Source of the DNA: Escherichia phage vB_EcoM_VR20
Reading direction: 5' to 3' (one strand)
Sequence record: NC_028894.1
DNA length: 64,000 bases
The notes beneath the pieces were generated by a model. It was not told the origin of the DNA, made no database searches, and saw only the letters and a program-made list of their open reading frames with translations. The position numbers were made by a program, and so were the translations under genes. Shown here piece after piece: positions 1-9,329 of this stretch; the first letter of the stretch is position 1, and the number at the start of each line of letters is the position of its first letter.

Positions 1-798
1 GTTAATAAATGGAATGCTCCTGTTAAATCCCGTAAATTGAAAACTGCATTAACTGTTGAGCTTGCTCAGGATATGGAAGCAAATGGCTTTAATGCTCCTG
101 CGTTCCTGGAAGACCTGCTTGCTACTATTATGGCAGATGAAATTAACAAGGATGTTCTTCAGTCTCTTATTACCGTTTCCAAGCGTTATAAAGTAACTGG
201 CGTTTCTGACAATGGCACCATCGATTTAACATATGATGCAGCTCCAGAAGGTGCACGTAAACTGTACGAACTGGTTTGCGAAATGAACTCCGAAATTCAG
301 AAAACTACATCTTATTCCGGTACCTTTGTTGTTGCCTCCAGCCGTGTTGCTGCTATGTTGGCTGGTTCTGGCTGGCTGAAGCATAAACCTGAAGACGAAC
401 AGTGGCTTCCTGAAACAGCGTACGGTTATTTGATTAATGGTCTTCCTGTATTCTGTGATGTTAACAGTCCATTGGATTATGTAACCGTTGGCGTTAAAGA
501 AAATTACGGTGGAAACGAAGTCGTAGGCTCAATCTTCTATGCTCCTTATACCGAAGGCCTGGACTTAGATGATGAAGAACACGTAGGTGCGTTTAAGGTC
601 ATTGTGGACCCAGACAGCTTGCAGCCATCTATCTCCCTGATGGTTCGATATGCGCTTTCAGCTAACCCTTACACCGTTGCTAAAGACGACAAAGAAGCTC
701 GTATTATCGATGCAACTAATATGGATTTAATGGCCGGCCAGAGCAATATGTCTTATCTGCTCGGTGTTAAACTTCCGCCAATCATTTATGAGGCGTAA
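1..798 (+). CDS. 23: Major capsid protein gp23, C-terminal part (5' end lies outside the window)
   Basis: Frame 1 is open from base 1; paralogous to the downstream gp24 ORF; recalled gp23 C-terminal similarity and position upstream of gene 24. Confidence 0.85.
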   Translation, partial: VNKWNAPVKSRKLKTALTVELAQDMEANGFNAPAFLEDLLATIMADEINKDVLQSLITVSKRYKVTGVSDNGTIDLTYDAAPEGARKLYELVCEMNSEIQKTTSYSGTFVVASSRVAAMLAGSGWLKHKPEDEQWLPETAYGYLINGLPVFCDVNSPLDYVTVGVKENYGGNEVVGSIFYAPYTEGLDLDDEEHVGAFKVIVDPDSLQPSISLMVRYALSANPYTVAKDDKEARIIDATNMDLMAGQSNMSYLLGVKLPPIIYEA

Positions 799-2082
799 AT
801 GCAAAAGATTAACGCACTAATTCACGAATCAACATTAACGGCGGCCAACCAGGTCGCCCGTCCTAATTTGCTTTCTTATACTCAGGCCACGAATAAACGA
901 ATTTTTAAAGCACTCGTGGCCGAACAGAAAACTACTCAGCCAGTTGCAGCGTTGTATGGTGTTCGTGTTCTGAACCCAGATGATAAAATGACATATCTTG
1001 GTGGAGCAACGTTTGCGGGTCAAATTGGTATGTTCGAGCGTAAGAATATTCCAGAATTTACAAACAAAGACGAAGCTTATGCAGTCGGCGATATGTTCCA
1101 GTTTGAAAGTGTTGTGTTCAAAGTTTTGGAAGCATCACCATTCGCCGGGACTCTTGAAACTGATTTGGGTGAAGTTATTTCTGAAGCCATTGCTGCTGGC
1201 CATATAAGAATGATGTCGGATGCGGCTTTCACTGATAAATTTGAACAAGGTCATCCTGAAATTGCTGAAGCCGGTTTCCGTATTGATAAATGGCAGACCG
1301 AAGTCAAATCCAGAAAGCTGAAAACTTCTTTAACGGTCGAGCTTGCACAGGACCTGGAAGCAAACGGTTTCGATGCAACAGACTTCATTGATAATATTCT
1401 CGGTATTCAGATGGCAGAGGAAATTAATAAGGATGTACTGCAATCCCTTATTACTGTCAGTTCTCGCTTCAAGGTGCAAGGTGTTTCTGAAAAAGGTGTA
1501 TTGAATCTAACTGACCCGAAATATGATAACGCTCAGGACCGTGCGCGAACCCTGTATTATTATATGTGTGAAATGAACTCCGCAGTTCAACGTCAGACTT
1601 CGTTTGCTGGTACATATGCAGTCGCTTCTTCCCGGTGTGCAGCTATTTTAGCAGCTTCTGGTTGGGTTGAGAAAAAGGAAGACCAGGATGAATTAGCCTA
1701 TGGCGTTCTGAAGAACGGTTTACCACTTTATGCAGATATGAATAGTCCATGTGATTATGTTATTGTTGGTGTAAATGCTGATATGGGTGAAGGTCAGACG
1801 GTCGCATCTTTGTATTATGCGCCTTATACGGAAGGACTTAGTGAAGTTGATGATGAGGGTGATACCTCGGTCGGGGAATTCAAGGTTATTGTTGACCCTG
1901 AAAGCTTGCAGCCTACTGTTGCGCTATTAGCTCGTTATGCATTGACAGCGAACCCTTATACGGTTGCGAAAGATGATAAAGAAGCTCGCATTATTGATGG
2001 TGCTGATATGGATAAGATGGCCAACCAAAGCCAATTGAGTTCTTATCTTGGTGTTAAACTTCCACCACTGGAAAAAGAATAA
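799..2082 (+). CDS. 24: Capsid vertex protein gp24
   Basis: 427 aa, same length as T4 gp24; ATG start; gp23-like fold paralog; followed by hairpin terminator. Confidence 0.88.
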   Translation: MQKINALIHESTLTAANQVARPNLLSYTQATNKRIFKALVAEQKTTQPVAALYGVRVLNPDDKMTYLGGATFAGQIGMFERKNIPEFTNKDEAYAVGDMFQFESVVFKVLEASPFAGTLETDLGEVISEAIAAGHIRMMSDAAFTDKFEQGHPEIAEAGFRIDKWQTEVKSRKLKTSLTVELAQDLEANGFDATDFIDNILGIQMAEEINKDVLQSLITVSSRFKVQGVSEKGVLNLTDPKYDNAQDRARTLYYYMCEMNSAVQRQTSFAGTYAVASSRCAAILAASGWVEKKEDQDELAYGVLKNGLPLYADMNSPCDYVIVGVNADMGEGQTVASLYYAPYTEGLSEVDDEGDTSVGEFKVIVDPESLQPTVALLARYALTANPYTVAKDDKEARIIDGADMDKMANQSQLSSYLGVKLPPLEKE

Positions 2083-2102
2083 GGGCCTTGCGGCCCTTTT
2101 TT
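2083..2102 (+). terminator. Hairpin gggcc-ttgc-ggccc plus T-run after gene 24
   Basis: GC stem followed by TTTTTT seen directly; between convergent genes 24 and rnlB. Confidence 0.6.
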
Positions 2103-3108
2103 ATTCACTAATTAATGCAATCCAAACATGTCTTAATGTTTCTCTTACATTTGCGATGAGTTGCTTTTTAACTTCAACAGGATTTTCCGTCAGAGTCAAT
2201 TCAAGGCCTTCGCGACCGGCTTCTTCCAGAATATCTTGGACCGTTAGCCCCATTACCTTTCCAAAATCCTTCGGTGATACTTCACCAATCTTACTGATAA
2301 CATTATTGATGCGGTTAACAGTCACATAATCAGTGAAATTCCACAGTAAATCCATATCATTTTGGCTCAGAACCACTGCAGCCTTAATAGGCTTATCAGA
2401 CTTTTTCTTTTCACTGAATTTAGAGTTCTTACATTTAATCGCTACGCGCTCGCCGTTAGGTAACCATGCAGGAACATCAGGTTTTAATACAAATCCTTCA
2501 GCAGTGAATACTTTACCTTCCACCTTTGCATCAAAATCAGTGGTATTTGCTGTAGTCAAACCCGCGTTATCCACTGTAAAATTGTAATCAGGGACAACAG
2601 AATCCAGGTCATTAGGGAGCTTAATTAATTCTTCAAAACTACCTGTAGCCAGGCGCGGCGCAACCTTAAACTTATGGATAATACAGAATGCTTCCATAAG
2701 GGTGTCAGTCAGGACAGATTCAGTCCCATCTTCTTTAGTAACGCGGATATCAAATACATAAAAATCTTTATCACCGTAATCCACATTCTTCTGGATACCT
2801 GCCCCGGCAAACTCACCATAAATCTGGTATGCCTGGTAATTAATATCCTGCAAAAGTTTCTGCACAGATTTAATAGAATCTGCATAGTTCTTTAATACAA
2901 TTTCATAACCATAGAAATCTTCTGCAGGCAGGATAGGTCCAGTGCGTTTCGCACATGTCACATTGTCTTGTTCAATGATTAATGAAAAGTTGGTACCATG
3001 AATCTTCTCGCGAGCTACCCATTCACCGCTGGTGAAGCCTTGCAGGCGAATCTTTTCAATGAACTTGTTGTTATAGTGATTTTCAAGGCTGTTGTATTTC
3101 TTAAACAT
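2101..3108 (-). CDS. rnlB: RNA ligase 2
   Basis: 335 aa; N-terminus [14 protein letters not shown] with the ligase lysine motif, matching recalled T4 Rnl2. Confidence 0.85.
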   Translation of the reverse strand: MFKKYNSLENHYNNKFIEKIRLQGFTSGEWVAREKIHGTNFSLIIEQDNVTCAKRTGPILPAEDFYGYEIVLKNYADSIKSVQKLLQDINYQAYQIYGEFAGAGIQKNVDYGDKDFYVFDIRVTKEDGTESVLTDTLMEAFCIIHKFKVAPRLATGSFEELIKLPNDLDSVVPDYNFTVDNAGLTTANTTDFDAKVEGKVFTAEGFVLKPDVPAWLPNGERVAIKCKNSKFSEKKKSDKPIKAAVVLSQNDMDLLWNFTDYVTVNRINNVISKIGEVSPKDFGKVMGLTVQDILEEAGREGLELTLTENPVEVKKQLIANVRETLRHVWIALISE

Positions 3109-3207
3109 AATCTCTCACTTTTGATGTTATAAATATCATTATAAATTAGACCCACTATACTTTCTTTCTCTGAAAGGAATTAATAGTCACAAAGGGGTCT
3201 AGAACCA

Positions 3208-3232
3208 TTATACCACAATTTTATTTTAAGCA
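3208..3232 (-). promoter_or_regulatory. MotA-type middle promoter upstream of rnlB (TGCTTAA box, about 13 bp, TATAAT)
   Basis: Minus strand reads TGCTTAAAATAAAATTGTGGTATAAT; shares the motif ggtctagaaccattata with the uvsY promoter. Confidence 0.45.
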
Positions 3233-3238
3233 AAAAGG

Positions 3239-3502
3239 TCAGAATTTTACATACAATGTTGGTTTGCCTTCTTGCCAATCATAATTCCAGGTAAATGATG
3301 TAAATTTTTCTGCTCGCAGAAATTCAGATATCTTTGCGCGGTTTCCTTCTTCATACTCTTTTTCAGAAACTGCCATATTAACAAAATCTTTGCCATTTTG
3401 AGCAGCGGCAACTGCCACTTTACGGAATATAGCAATAAAATCATTTGCAACTTTATCTTGTGACTCTTTTGCGATTTGACGTAGTTCTTCTGCAAATGTC
3501 AT
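3239..3502 (-). CDS. Hypothetical protein (T4 24.2 position)
   Basis: 87 aa, ATG start with AAAGGTGA Shine-Dalgarno. Confidence 0.55.
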   Translation of the reverse strand: MTFAEELRQIAKESQDKVANDFIAIFRKVAVAAAQNGKDFVNMAVSEKEYEEGNRAKISEFLRAEKFTSFTWNYDWQEGKPTLYVKF

Positions 3503-3702
3503 TTCTTCACCTTTTTGTTATTCAAACGTTTACGATAAACAATCTTTTCTTTTGCTTTAAATTTAGCTTTGGCCTGTTCTACATCAACCCAGGCCTTTGC
3601 CATTTCTTTAGCAGTCCCGCCTAATACCTTGGCGATTTCAATAAATGTCATACCAGATTCATGCAGAAAATGTACTTTAACCTTATCCATAATGATTCTC
3701 AT
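3499..3702 (-). CDS. Small hypothetical protein with helix-turn-helix-like segment (T4 24.3 position)
   Basis: 67 aa; segment MTFIEIAKVLGGTAKEMAK resembles an HTH; start may be the internal ATG at 3690. Confidence 0.5.
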   Translation of the reverse strand: MRIIMDKVKVHFLHESGMTFIEIAKVLGGTAKEMAKAWVDVEQAKAKFKAKEKIVYRKRLNNKKVKK

Positions 3703-3786
3703 GTTGAGTTAGTGAAGCTATCTTAACATGGAATTTTTAACTTGTAAACAGGGTTTTTATGCCAGGCAACGTTTGTACAGTACCAT

Positions 3787-3811
3787 AAAAACAAAGGGAC
3801 CCGAAGGTCCC
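3787..3811 (-). terminator. UUCG-tetraloop hairpin terminator downstream of hoc
   Basis: gggacc-cgaa-ggtccc with flanking A and T runs. Confidence 0.55.
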
Positions 3812-3818
3812 TTTTTAA

Positions 3819-4952
3819 TTAATAAACGTAATCGTATATAATACCAGCTTCTAAAGCGGTGCGATGAATAATTCGACCATTACGAGATTCTTGTACATCA
3901 ACCTCTGGATAGTCGGTAATCATTTTTTGAAGGGTATATCGGTGCAAATAATACGGGCTATCTGGAGCATCAGTTTTCCAGTCTTGCCCAGCAAGAGTCA
4001 TTTTCTGAATTTCGTCCATAACCCACCAACCACACCAGATATAAGCTGAATTACGAACTGGCAGCGGATGAACGTAAGGTAGTTCACCCTCTGGTTCAGG
4101 TGCGACTTTAGCGGTGACTGTTACATTACCAGTTTTTGTTACCGTCACTGGGTTATAATCAGTCGCCGAAACCACAACAGAAACTTCAATAACCTGTGAA
4201 CCTTCGGCGCTTGTATCGATTACCAGAGTATCCGTGGTGCCATCTACAGGAGAACCATCTTTCTTCCAAGAATAAGCAAAAGTAGCTCCACTCGGCGCGC
4301 CGACTACATCCGCTTTAAAAGAAGCTGGAGTACCTTCAGAGACAGTAATAGAAGCAGGCGTTAAAGTAACAGAAACACCCGACATAGTTTTCTTAACAAA
4401 CGTTACCTCAGCTCCTTTAGTTGCGGTGCCATTATTATAATCGGGTGCAGAAACAGTAACTTCGCAGTTCAATGTATAATTTGCTTCTGCTGATTCGGTA
4501 ACAGTAATAGTTTCACCAGTTTGACCTGGGATTACGCTAGTGTTACGTTTCCAAACATAAGCAATTGTTGCACCAGAAGGAGCACCTGTCACGTTAGCAG
4601 TAACAACTTGAGATTGCCCTATTTCTTTAGTAACAGAGGCCGGGTCTAAAGTCAGCGTGATTGCCGGCATTGTTTTATTCTGGATAGTTAAAGTTGTTTC
4701 AGCTTCAGCAGTTTCCGGTTCCCCGTCTGCCGGAGTGGTGGTTGCAACAACTTTAATAGTCTTACTGCCTGCTGGACCAACAGCGACATAATCCATTGCA
4801 GCAGTCACAGAAGATTGAGGAACGCCATCAACGGTCCAGACAAATGATTCGGTACCTTCAGCTGCAGCGCCAGCGCCGGTTGCAGTGAAATTGGTTGTTG
4901 CTCCAATAACGGCCGTAGCCGCCAAAGGAGCAATAGTTACGGTATAAGCCAT
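3819..4952 (-). CDS. hoc: Hoc, highly immunogenic outer capsid protein
   Basis: 377 aa (T4 Hoc 376); repeated Ig-like T/V/S-rich segments; conserved C-terminal capsid-binding region. Confidence 0.8.
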   Translation of the reverse strand: MAYTVTIAPLAATAVIGATTNFTATGAGAAAEGTESFVWTVDGVPQSSVTAAMDYVAVGPAGSKTIKVVATTTPADGEPETAEAETTLTIQNKTMPAITLTLDPASVTKEIGQSQVVTANVTGAPSGATIAYVWKRNTSVIPGQTGETITVTESAEANYTLNCEVTVSAPDYNNGTATKGAEVTFVKKTMSGVSVTLTPASITVSEGTPASFKADVVGAPSGATFAYSWKKDGSPVDGTTDTLVIDTSAEGSQVIEVSVVVSATDYNPVTVTKTGNVTVTAKVAPEPEGELPYVHPLPVRNSAYIWCGWWVMDEIQKMTLAGQDWKTDAPDSPYYLHRYTLQKMITDYPEVDVQESRNGRIIHRTALEAGIIYDYVY

Positions 4953-4961
4953 AATAAACCC

Positions 4962-5627
4962 TTATTTTAAAGTGACAAAAGATGAGTTACGAGTTTCTCG
5001 TACTAGAACAGACCCATTACGATTAATGTAATAAATCAAACTGAATAGAGTTTGGTGCGCGGTGGGATGTGGGAAAGCAGTTGGACGTTCTTTCCAATCT
5101 GGAGTCTCGGCAATCCACTGATAAATCCACCATGGAACAGTACAGAATCCAGGGTTCTTACCAATAAGCATAAGATTTGGGCTAAAGTTTTTTGGCAGAG
5201 CAAATACAGGTTTTTCAGATTCGATAACCTTAGCAACAGCTGCTTCGAACTTTTCTTCGACAAACGGAACGTCCTCTTCGACCACAACAACTGGTTCTTC
5301 GATTTCAACAACTTCAACCTTTGCTTCGGTTGGAGCATCAAATAAGAGCTTAGCTTCTTCTTTAGCTGACTCATCGCCATCAAATTTAGCACCTGACAAT
5401 TCATCATCGGCATCGATAAGGTCAGTGATGCTCAAGCCTTCATTATCATCAGGCATAGGCATGTCAGCAAATGCTTTAAGTCCTGCTTCCAGGTCAGCCA
5501 ACATATTATCAAAGGTTTTTGTTTTCTTAACATCAACACCAAGTGATGCTGCATATTCGGCTAATTTTTCTTTGGCTTCTTTTTTCTCGAGGACACGAAT
5601 TTCCTCAATGTAGTTCTTGTCAATCAT
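4962..5627 (-). CDS. inh: Putative Inh, inhibitor of prohead protease
   Basis: 221 aa acidic protein between hoc and uvsW as in T4; ATG with GAGG Shine-Dalgarno. Confidence 0.55.
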   Translation of the reverse strand: MIDKNYIEEIRVLEKKEAKEKLAEYAASLGVDVKKTKTFDNMLADLEAGLKAFADMPMPDDNEGLSITDLIDADDELSGAKFDGDESAKEEAKLLFDAPTEAKVEVVEIEEPVVVVEEDVPFVEEKFEAAVAKVIESEKPVFALPKNFSPNLMLIGKNPGFCTVPWWIYQWIAETPDWKERPTAFPHPTAHQTLFSLIYYINRNGSVLVRETRNSSFVTLK

Positions 5628-5645
5628 GATGAACCTCGGTTAGTG

Positions 5646-5653
5646 TATAAATA
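5646..5653 (+). promoter_or_regulatory. T4-type late promoter TATAAATA upstream of uvsW
   Basis: Exact TATAAATA about 30 bp upstream of the uvsW ATG. Confidence 0.55.
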
Positions 5654-5681
5654 TAGATATATTTATTACCTTGGAATCATC

Positions 5682-7181
5682 ATGGATATTAAAATCAACT
5701 TTCTAAATTTTAGTCACGTGCATGTTGAATGTGAAGATGGAATCTTCTACGAACTCCGTGATTACTTCAGCTTCGAAGCTGAAAACTATCGCTTCAATCC
5801 AAAGTTCAAGCAGGGAGTTTGGGACGGACGAATCCGCCTCCTGGATTACAATCGTAAATTACCATACGGTTTGGTTAATCAAATTAAAAAGTTCGCTGAC
5901 CAGTTTGGTTATTCATTCTGGATTGACCCGCAAATCACCGAGAAAGAAGAAATCTCTCGCGAAGAATTCGACAAATGGGTCGAGTCAAAAGAAATCTATT
6001 CAGGCAATACCAAGATAACGCCCCATTGGTATCAATCTGACGCCGTATATGATGGTCTGGTCAACAGAAGAAAGATTCTGAACTTACCTACGTCTGCGGG
6101 TAAAAGCCTCATCCAGGCGCTTCTGGCGCGATATTATCTCGAGAACTATGAAGGCAAGGTTCTTATCCTTGTTCCTACAACTGCCCTTGTCGACCAGATG
6201 ATTAATGACTTTGTTGATTATCGGCTTTTCCCTCGTGCAGCTTGTCTGGGTATTCGTTCCGGGACTAAACGCGATTCTGATGCGATGATTTATGTATCGA
6301 CTTATCAGACGGCTGTAAAACAACCTAAAGAATGGTTTGAACAGTTTGGCCAGTTTATGAATGACGAATGCCACATGGCTACAGGTAAATCGATTTCGAC
6401 GGTTATCGAAGGCCTTACGAATTGCATGTTTAAATTTGGTTTGTCAGGTTCACTCCGTGATGGCAAAGCCAACCTTATGCAATATATGGGTCTGTTTGGT
6501 GATATCTTTAAACCAGTATCAACATCTAAATTAATGGAAGATGGCCAGGTTACTGACCTTAAAATAAATAGTATTTTCCTTCGTTACCCTGACGAATTCA
6601 CCGTTAAAATGAAAGGTAAAACTTATCAGGATGAAATCAAGGTAATTACAAAAGCTACACGCAGAAATAAATGGGTAACAAACCTTGCACTCAAGCTTTC
6701 TAAAAAAGATGAAAACGTCTTTTTGATGTTTAAGAATATCGAGCATGGTAAATCGATGTTTGAAATGATTAAAGAAGCTGGTCATGAGAAAGTGTATTAT
6801 GTTTCCGGGGAAGTTGATACCGAAACCCGTAATGCTCTGAAGGTCATGGCAGAGAATGGAAAGGGAATTATTGTTGTAGCTTCATATGGTGTATTCTCAA
6901 CGGGGATTTCCGTTAAAAACCTCCATCATATTATTTTCGCTCACCCGGTCAAGTCAAAGGTAATTGTACTCCAGACAATTGGCCGCGTGCTTCGAAAACA
7001 TGAATCCAAATCGACCGCAAACGTGTGGGACATTGTGGATGATATGGGGGTCAAACCCAAATCAGCAAACGCTAAAAAGAAATATGTTCATATTAACTTT
7101 GCGCTTAAACATGCACTAGAACGTATTCAGCGGTATGCAGACGAAAAATTCAATTATGTAATTAAACAGGTGGAAATATAA
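5682..7181 (+). CDS. uvsW: UvsW RNA-DNA and DNA-DNA helicase
   Basis: Starts MDIKINF..; Walker A TSAGKS; strong recalled identity to T4 UvsW. Track start at 5643 is a GTG. Confidence 0.9.
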   Translation: MDIKINFLNFSHVHVECEDGIFYELRDYFSFEAENYRFNPKFKQGVWDGRIRLLDYNRKLPYGLVNQIKKFADQFGYSFWIDPQITEKEEISREEFDKWVESKEIYSGNTKITPHWYQSDAVYDGLVNRRKILNLPTSAGKSLIQALLARYYLENYEGKVLILVPTTALVDQMINDFVDYRLFPRAACLGIRSGTKRDSDAMIYVSTYQTAVKQPKEWFEQFGQFMNDECHMATGKSISTVIEGLTNCMFKFGLSGSLRDGKANLMQYMGLFGDIFKPVSTSKLMEDGQVTDLKINSIFLRYPDEFTVKMKGKTYQDEIKVITKATRRNKWVTNLALKLSKKDENVFLMFKNIEHGKSMFEMIKEAGHEKVYYVSGEVDTETRNALKVMAENGKGIIVVASYGVFSTGISVKNLHHIIFAHPVKSKVIVLQTIGRVLRKHESKSTANVWDIVDDMGVKPKSANAKKKYVHINFALKHALERIQRYADEKFNYVIKQVEI

Positions 7182-7408
7182 TGAAATCCTTCGAAGAAAT
7201 TATGTACGAAGCATCAATTGAAGGCTTTATGGCTAAGATTGGTTCCTGTCAGACCATGGACGGTCTGAAGGAGTTGGAAGGCTATTATAAGAAACGCAGC
7301 AAAGAAGCTGAACTGAAAGATTCCGATGATATCAGTGTTCGCGATGCTCTTGCCGGTAAACGCGCCGAGCTTGAGGATATGGACGACGAAGAAGACGAAG
7401 ATTTCTAA
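7181..7408 (+). CDS. uvsW.1: UvsW.1
   Basis: 75 aa acidic protein overlapping the uvsW stop, as in T4. Confidence 0.7.
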   Translation: MKSFEEIMYEASIEGFMAKIGSCQTMDGLKELEGYYKKRSKEAELKDSDDISVRDALAGKRAELEDMDDEEDEDF

Positions 7409-7410
7409 AT

Positions 7411-7438
7411 AAAAAGGCCCCAACCAAAAGGAAGGGGC
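7411..7438 (-). terminator. Hairpin plus T-run downstream of the uvsY operon
   Basis: ggcccc..ggggc stem followed on the minus strand by TTTTTATTT. Confidence 0.45.
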
Positions 7439-7465
7439 AAAACCAAAAATGGTTAACAACACTAG

Positions 7466-7633
7466 CTAAATTAAAAGTTGGGTCTCGTTCAGTTGCTCTT
7501 CTGTATTTTCCGTAACTGGCAAACTCTGAACATAATTATAACAGGCGCCCGGATGCACCGGACCTTGGTCTGTATCCACAACCAATGCAGAATCGATTGG
7601 AGTTTTACAGACAACACAAATCTTATCTGACAT
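7466..7633 (-). CDS. Small protein with CxxC..C spacing (T4 uvsY.-2 position)
   Basis: 55 aa, MSDKICVVCKTPID..; below the track length cutoff; ATG with GAGGAGAC Shine-Dalgarno. Confidence 0.5.
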   Translation of the reverse strand: MSDKICVVCKTPIDSALVVDTDQGPVHPGACYNYVQSLPVTENTEEQLNETQLLI

Positions 7634-7661
7634 GATTGTCTCCTCAGTTAAACTTACATAT

Positions 7662-7778
7662 CTATTTAGTGCTCTTCATAATAGCAGCACGAGCTTTCAT
7701 CTCGTTAACAATTTCAGTTATTCGGTTTGCAGAGATAACCATCTCGTCGAGAATCTTACTAATATTCTGTTTCATCAT
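7662..7778 (-). CDS. Small protein (T4 uvsY.-1 position)
   Basis: 38 aa, MMKQNISKILDEMV..; ATG overlaps the uvsY stop (ATGA coupling). Confidence 0.5.
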   Translation of the reverse strand: MMKQNISKILDEMVISANRITEIVNEMKARAAIMKSTK

Positions 7779-8209
7779 TTACCTGCCTCGAATTGTCTTA
7801 TTTCTAACATATGTTTAAGTGCGAAACTTCGTGACTTAACACCATCTAATGCAGCGCTACAGAAGTCCTGGAGCAGTGCCCAATACTGAATTGAAGTATC
7901 AATCTTCAACACGCTTGAATCTGCGGCCATGACTGTTTTCAATTCTGACTTCTCGTATACATCCATGCATACTTCTTCCCCTGGGTCACCCCTTCCCGTA
8001 TAATGGTCTAGTCGTTTTTTCAGTGCAGTTTTCTTCTGAATCTCAAGACGCATTATTTCTTTCTTGCAGTTGGTATACAATCTCAACCATTTGCTATGCA
8101 ACAAAACGTTGTTTTGTGTTTCATATTGAAGTTGTGTACCATCAATTTTTAAATCTGCATCTAACTCGTCCTGAAATACTTCTAACTTATATTCAATCTC
8201 TTTTTTCAT
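7775..8209 (-). CDS. uvsY: UvsY recombination mediator
   Basis: Recalled T4 UvsY identity (QLQYE..HSKWL, C-terminal IRQFEAGK); internal ATG gives 144 aa. Confidence 0.85.
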   Translation of the reverse strand: MKKEIEYKLEVFQDELDADLKIDGTQLQYETQNNVLLHSKWLRLYTNCKKEIMRLEIQKKTALKKRLDHYTGRGDPGEEVCMDVYEKSELKTVMAADSSVLKIDTSIQYWALLQDFCSAALDGVKSRSFALKHMLEIRQFEAGK

Positions 8210-8237
8210 AATGTATCCAATGTAAGGGTCTAGAACC

Positions 8238-8262
8238 ATTATACAGCCATAAAATTAAAGCA
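8238..8262 (-). promoter_or_regulatory. MotA-type middle promoter of uvsY; candidate oriF-like origin element
   Basis: Minus strand GCTTTA box, 12 bp, TATAAT; T4 oriF coincides with the uvsY middle promoter. Confidence 0.45.
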
Positions 8263-8652
8263 TTAACCGTTTTGACTTAGCTGAATCCTGATTTGTTCGA
8301 GGGTATCAGGGTCATCAACAATGCTGAACTGAACCGTTACGATAATGGAGTTATCATCATACATAGGGACAACTGCAACCTGTAGATTGCTTATCCTTGG
8401 TTCGAAGTTCCGCACCGCGGAGACGATGTTGCGTTTAATGGTATCTGTGATTAATGGAGTGATATTCTCAAAAAGCTGATTACTTATATCACATCCAAAT
8501 TCAGGCATAAAAGGCCTTGACCCTTTTCTTGTGGTGATTATTCCCAGAAGACTGTTCTTAACAGACCTTGCACCGGTTACTTTAGCAACGTCTTTATCCC
8601 AACTCATTGACAAGTCAGGAGACACATCGCTATACATTTTGTTTATATTCAT
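8263..8652 (-). CDS. 25: Baseplate wedge subunit gp25
   Basis: 129 aa; recalled T4 gp25 identity (LLGIITTRKGSRPF.PEFGCD). Confidence 0.9.
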   Translation of the reverse strand: MNINKMYSDVSPDLSMSWDKDVAKVTGARSVKNSLLGIITTRKGSRPFMPEFGCDISNQLFENITPLITDTIKRNIVSAVRNFEPRISNLQVAVVPMYDDNSIIVTVQFSIVDDPDTLEQIRIQLSQNG

Positions 8653-9276
8653 TTACATAAACTTAAAGAATTCTTTAAGCCCCTTAATTACATGGACAGA
8701 ATGCGCTCCACACTCGCAAGAGATAGGAATAGCCATTTGGACCTGTGGCTTGAGAAGTTCTTCCGTTAGTGCATTTATATCATCGAGGGTAATTGCATTG
8801 TACAGGTCCTCGATTTCGGCTTCATTTAAGTCATCAACAACGATGCGCTCACCGCCTTCCGTGATAATATATTCGATACAACAAGCAATCATTTTTCCTT
8901 TATCGCCATCTTCAAACAGTCCCGGATAACGGAATTTAATTTTAAACGCCCCGAAATCACGAATAACCTCAGACTCATCCACGATGCTTGCACGACTTAT
9001 AGTCACAGGAATATCTTGTTCCTTTCCACACTCGCATACCCATGTATGCTCGACGTTAACAGCTCCGAGACTATTTGCCCAGAGATTAATAAGAAGCAGT
9101 TCAGCTTCCTGTTTGTTTAACCCTTTAGCATCAGTGCATTTATTAAGCAGTTCAATTATTGCGGGTTCCATACGCTTTTCTAATTTTGCCTGAAGCAAAT
9201 CTTTGTATTCGCGCAAGGTAAAAGCCCTACAATTTATAGTTTTATTTTTAATTTGGACAATAAATTCATAAGTCAT
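8653..9276 (-). CDS. 26: Baseplate hub subunit gp26
   Basis: Internal ATG with AGGAGCA Shine-Dalgarno gives 207 aa (T4 208); gene order 26-25. Confidence 0.75.
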   Translation of the reverse strand: MTYEFIVQIKNKTINCRAFTLREYKDLLQAKLEKRMEPAIIELLNKCTDAKGLNKQEAELLLINLWANSLGAVNVEHTWVCECGKEQDIPVTISRASIVDESEVIRDFGAFKIKFRYPGLFEDGDKGKMIACCIEYIITEGGERIVVDDLNEAEIEDLYNAITLDDINALTEELLKPQVQMAIPISCECGAHSVHVIKGLKEFFKFM

Positions 9277-9293
9277 AATTTGCTCCTTTACTG

Positions 9294-9305
9294 TATTTAT
9301 AAATA
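9294..9305. promoter_or_regulatory. Divergent late promoter tatttataaata serving 26 (minus) and 51 (plus)
   Basis: Palindromic sequence contains TATAAATA on both strands between divergent late genes. Confidence 0.55.
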
Positions 9306-9329
9306 TCAATAAAGATAAAAGGGGATTCT

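Noticed and set aside
5643-5681. Extended uvsW start at the GTG at 5643
   Set aside because: The ATG at 5682 gives the conserved MDIK N-terminus; the extension overlaps the late promoter.
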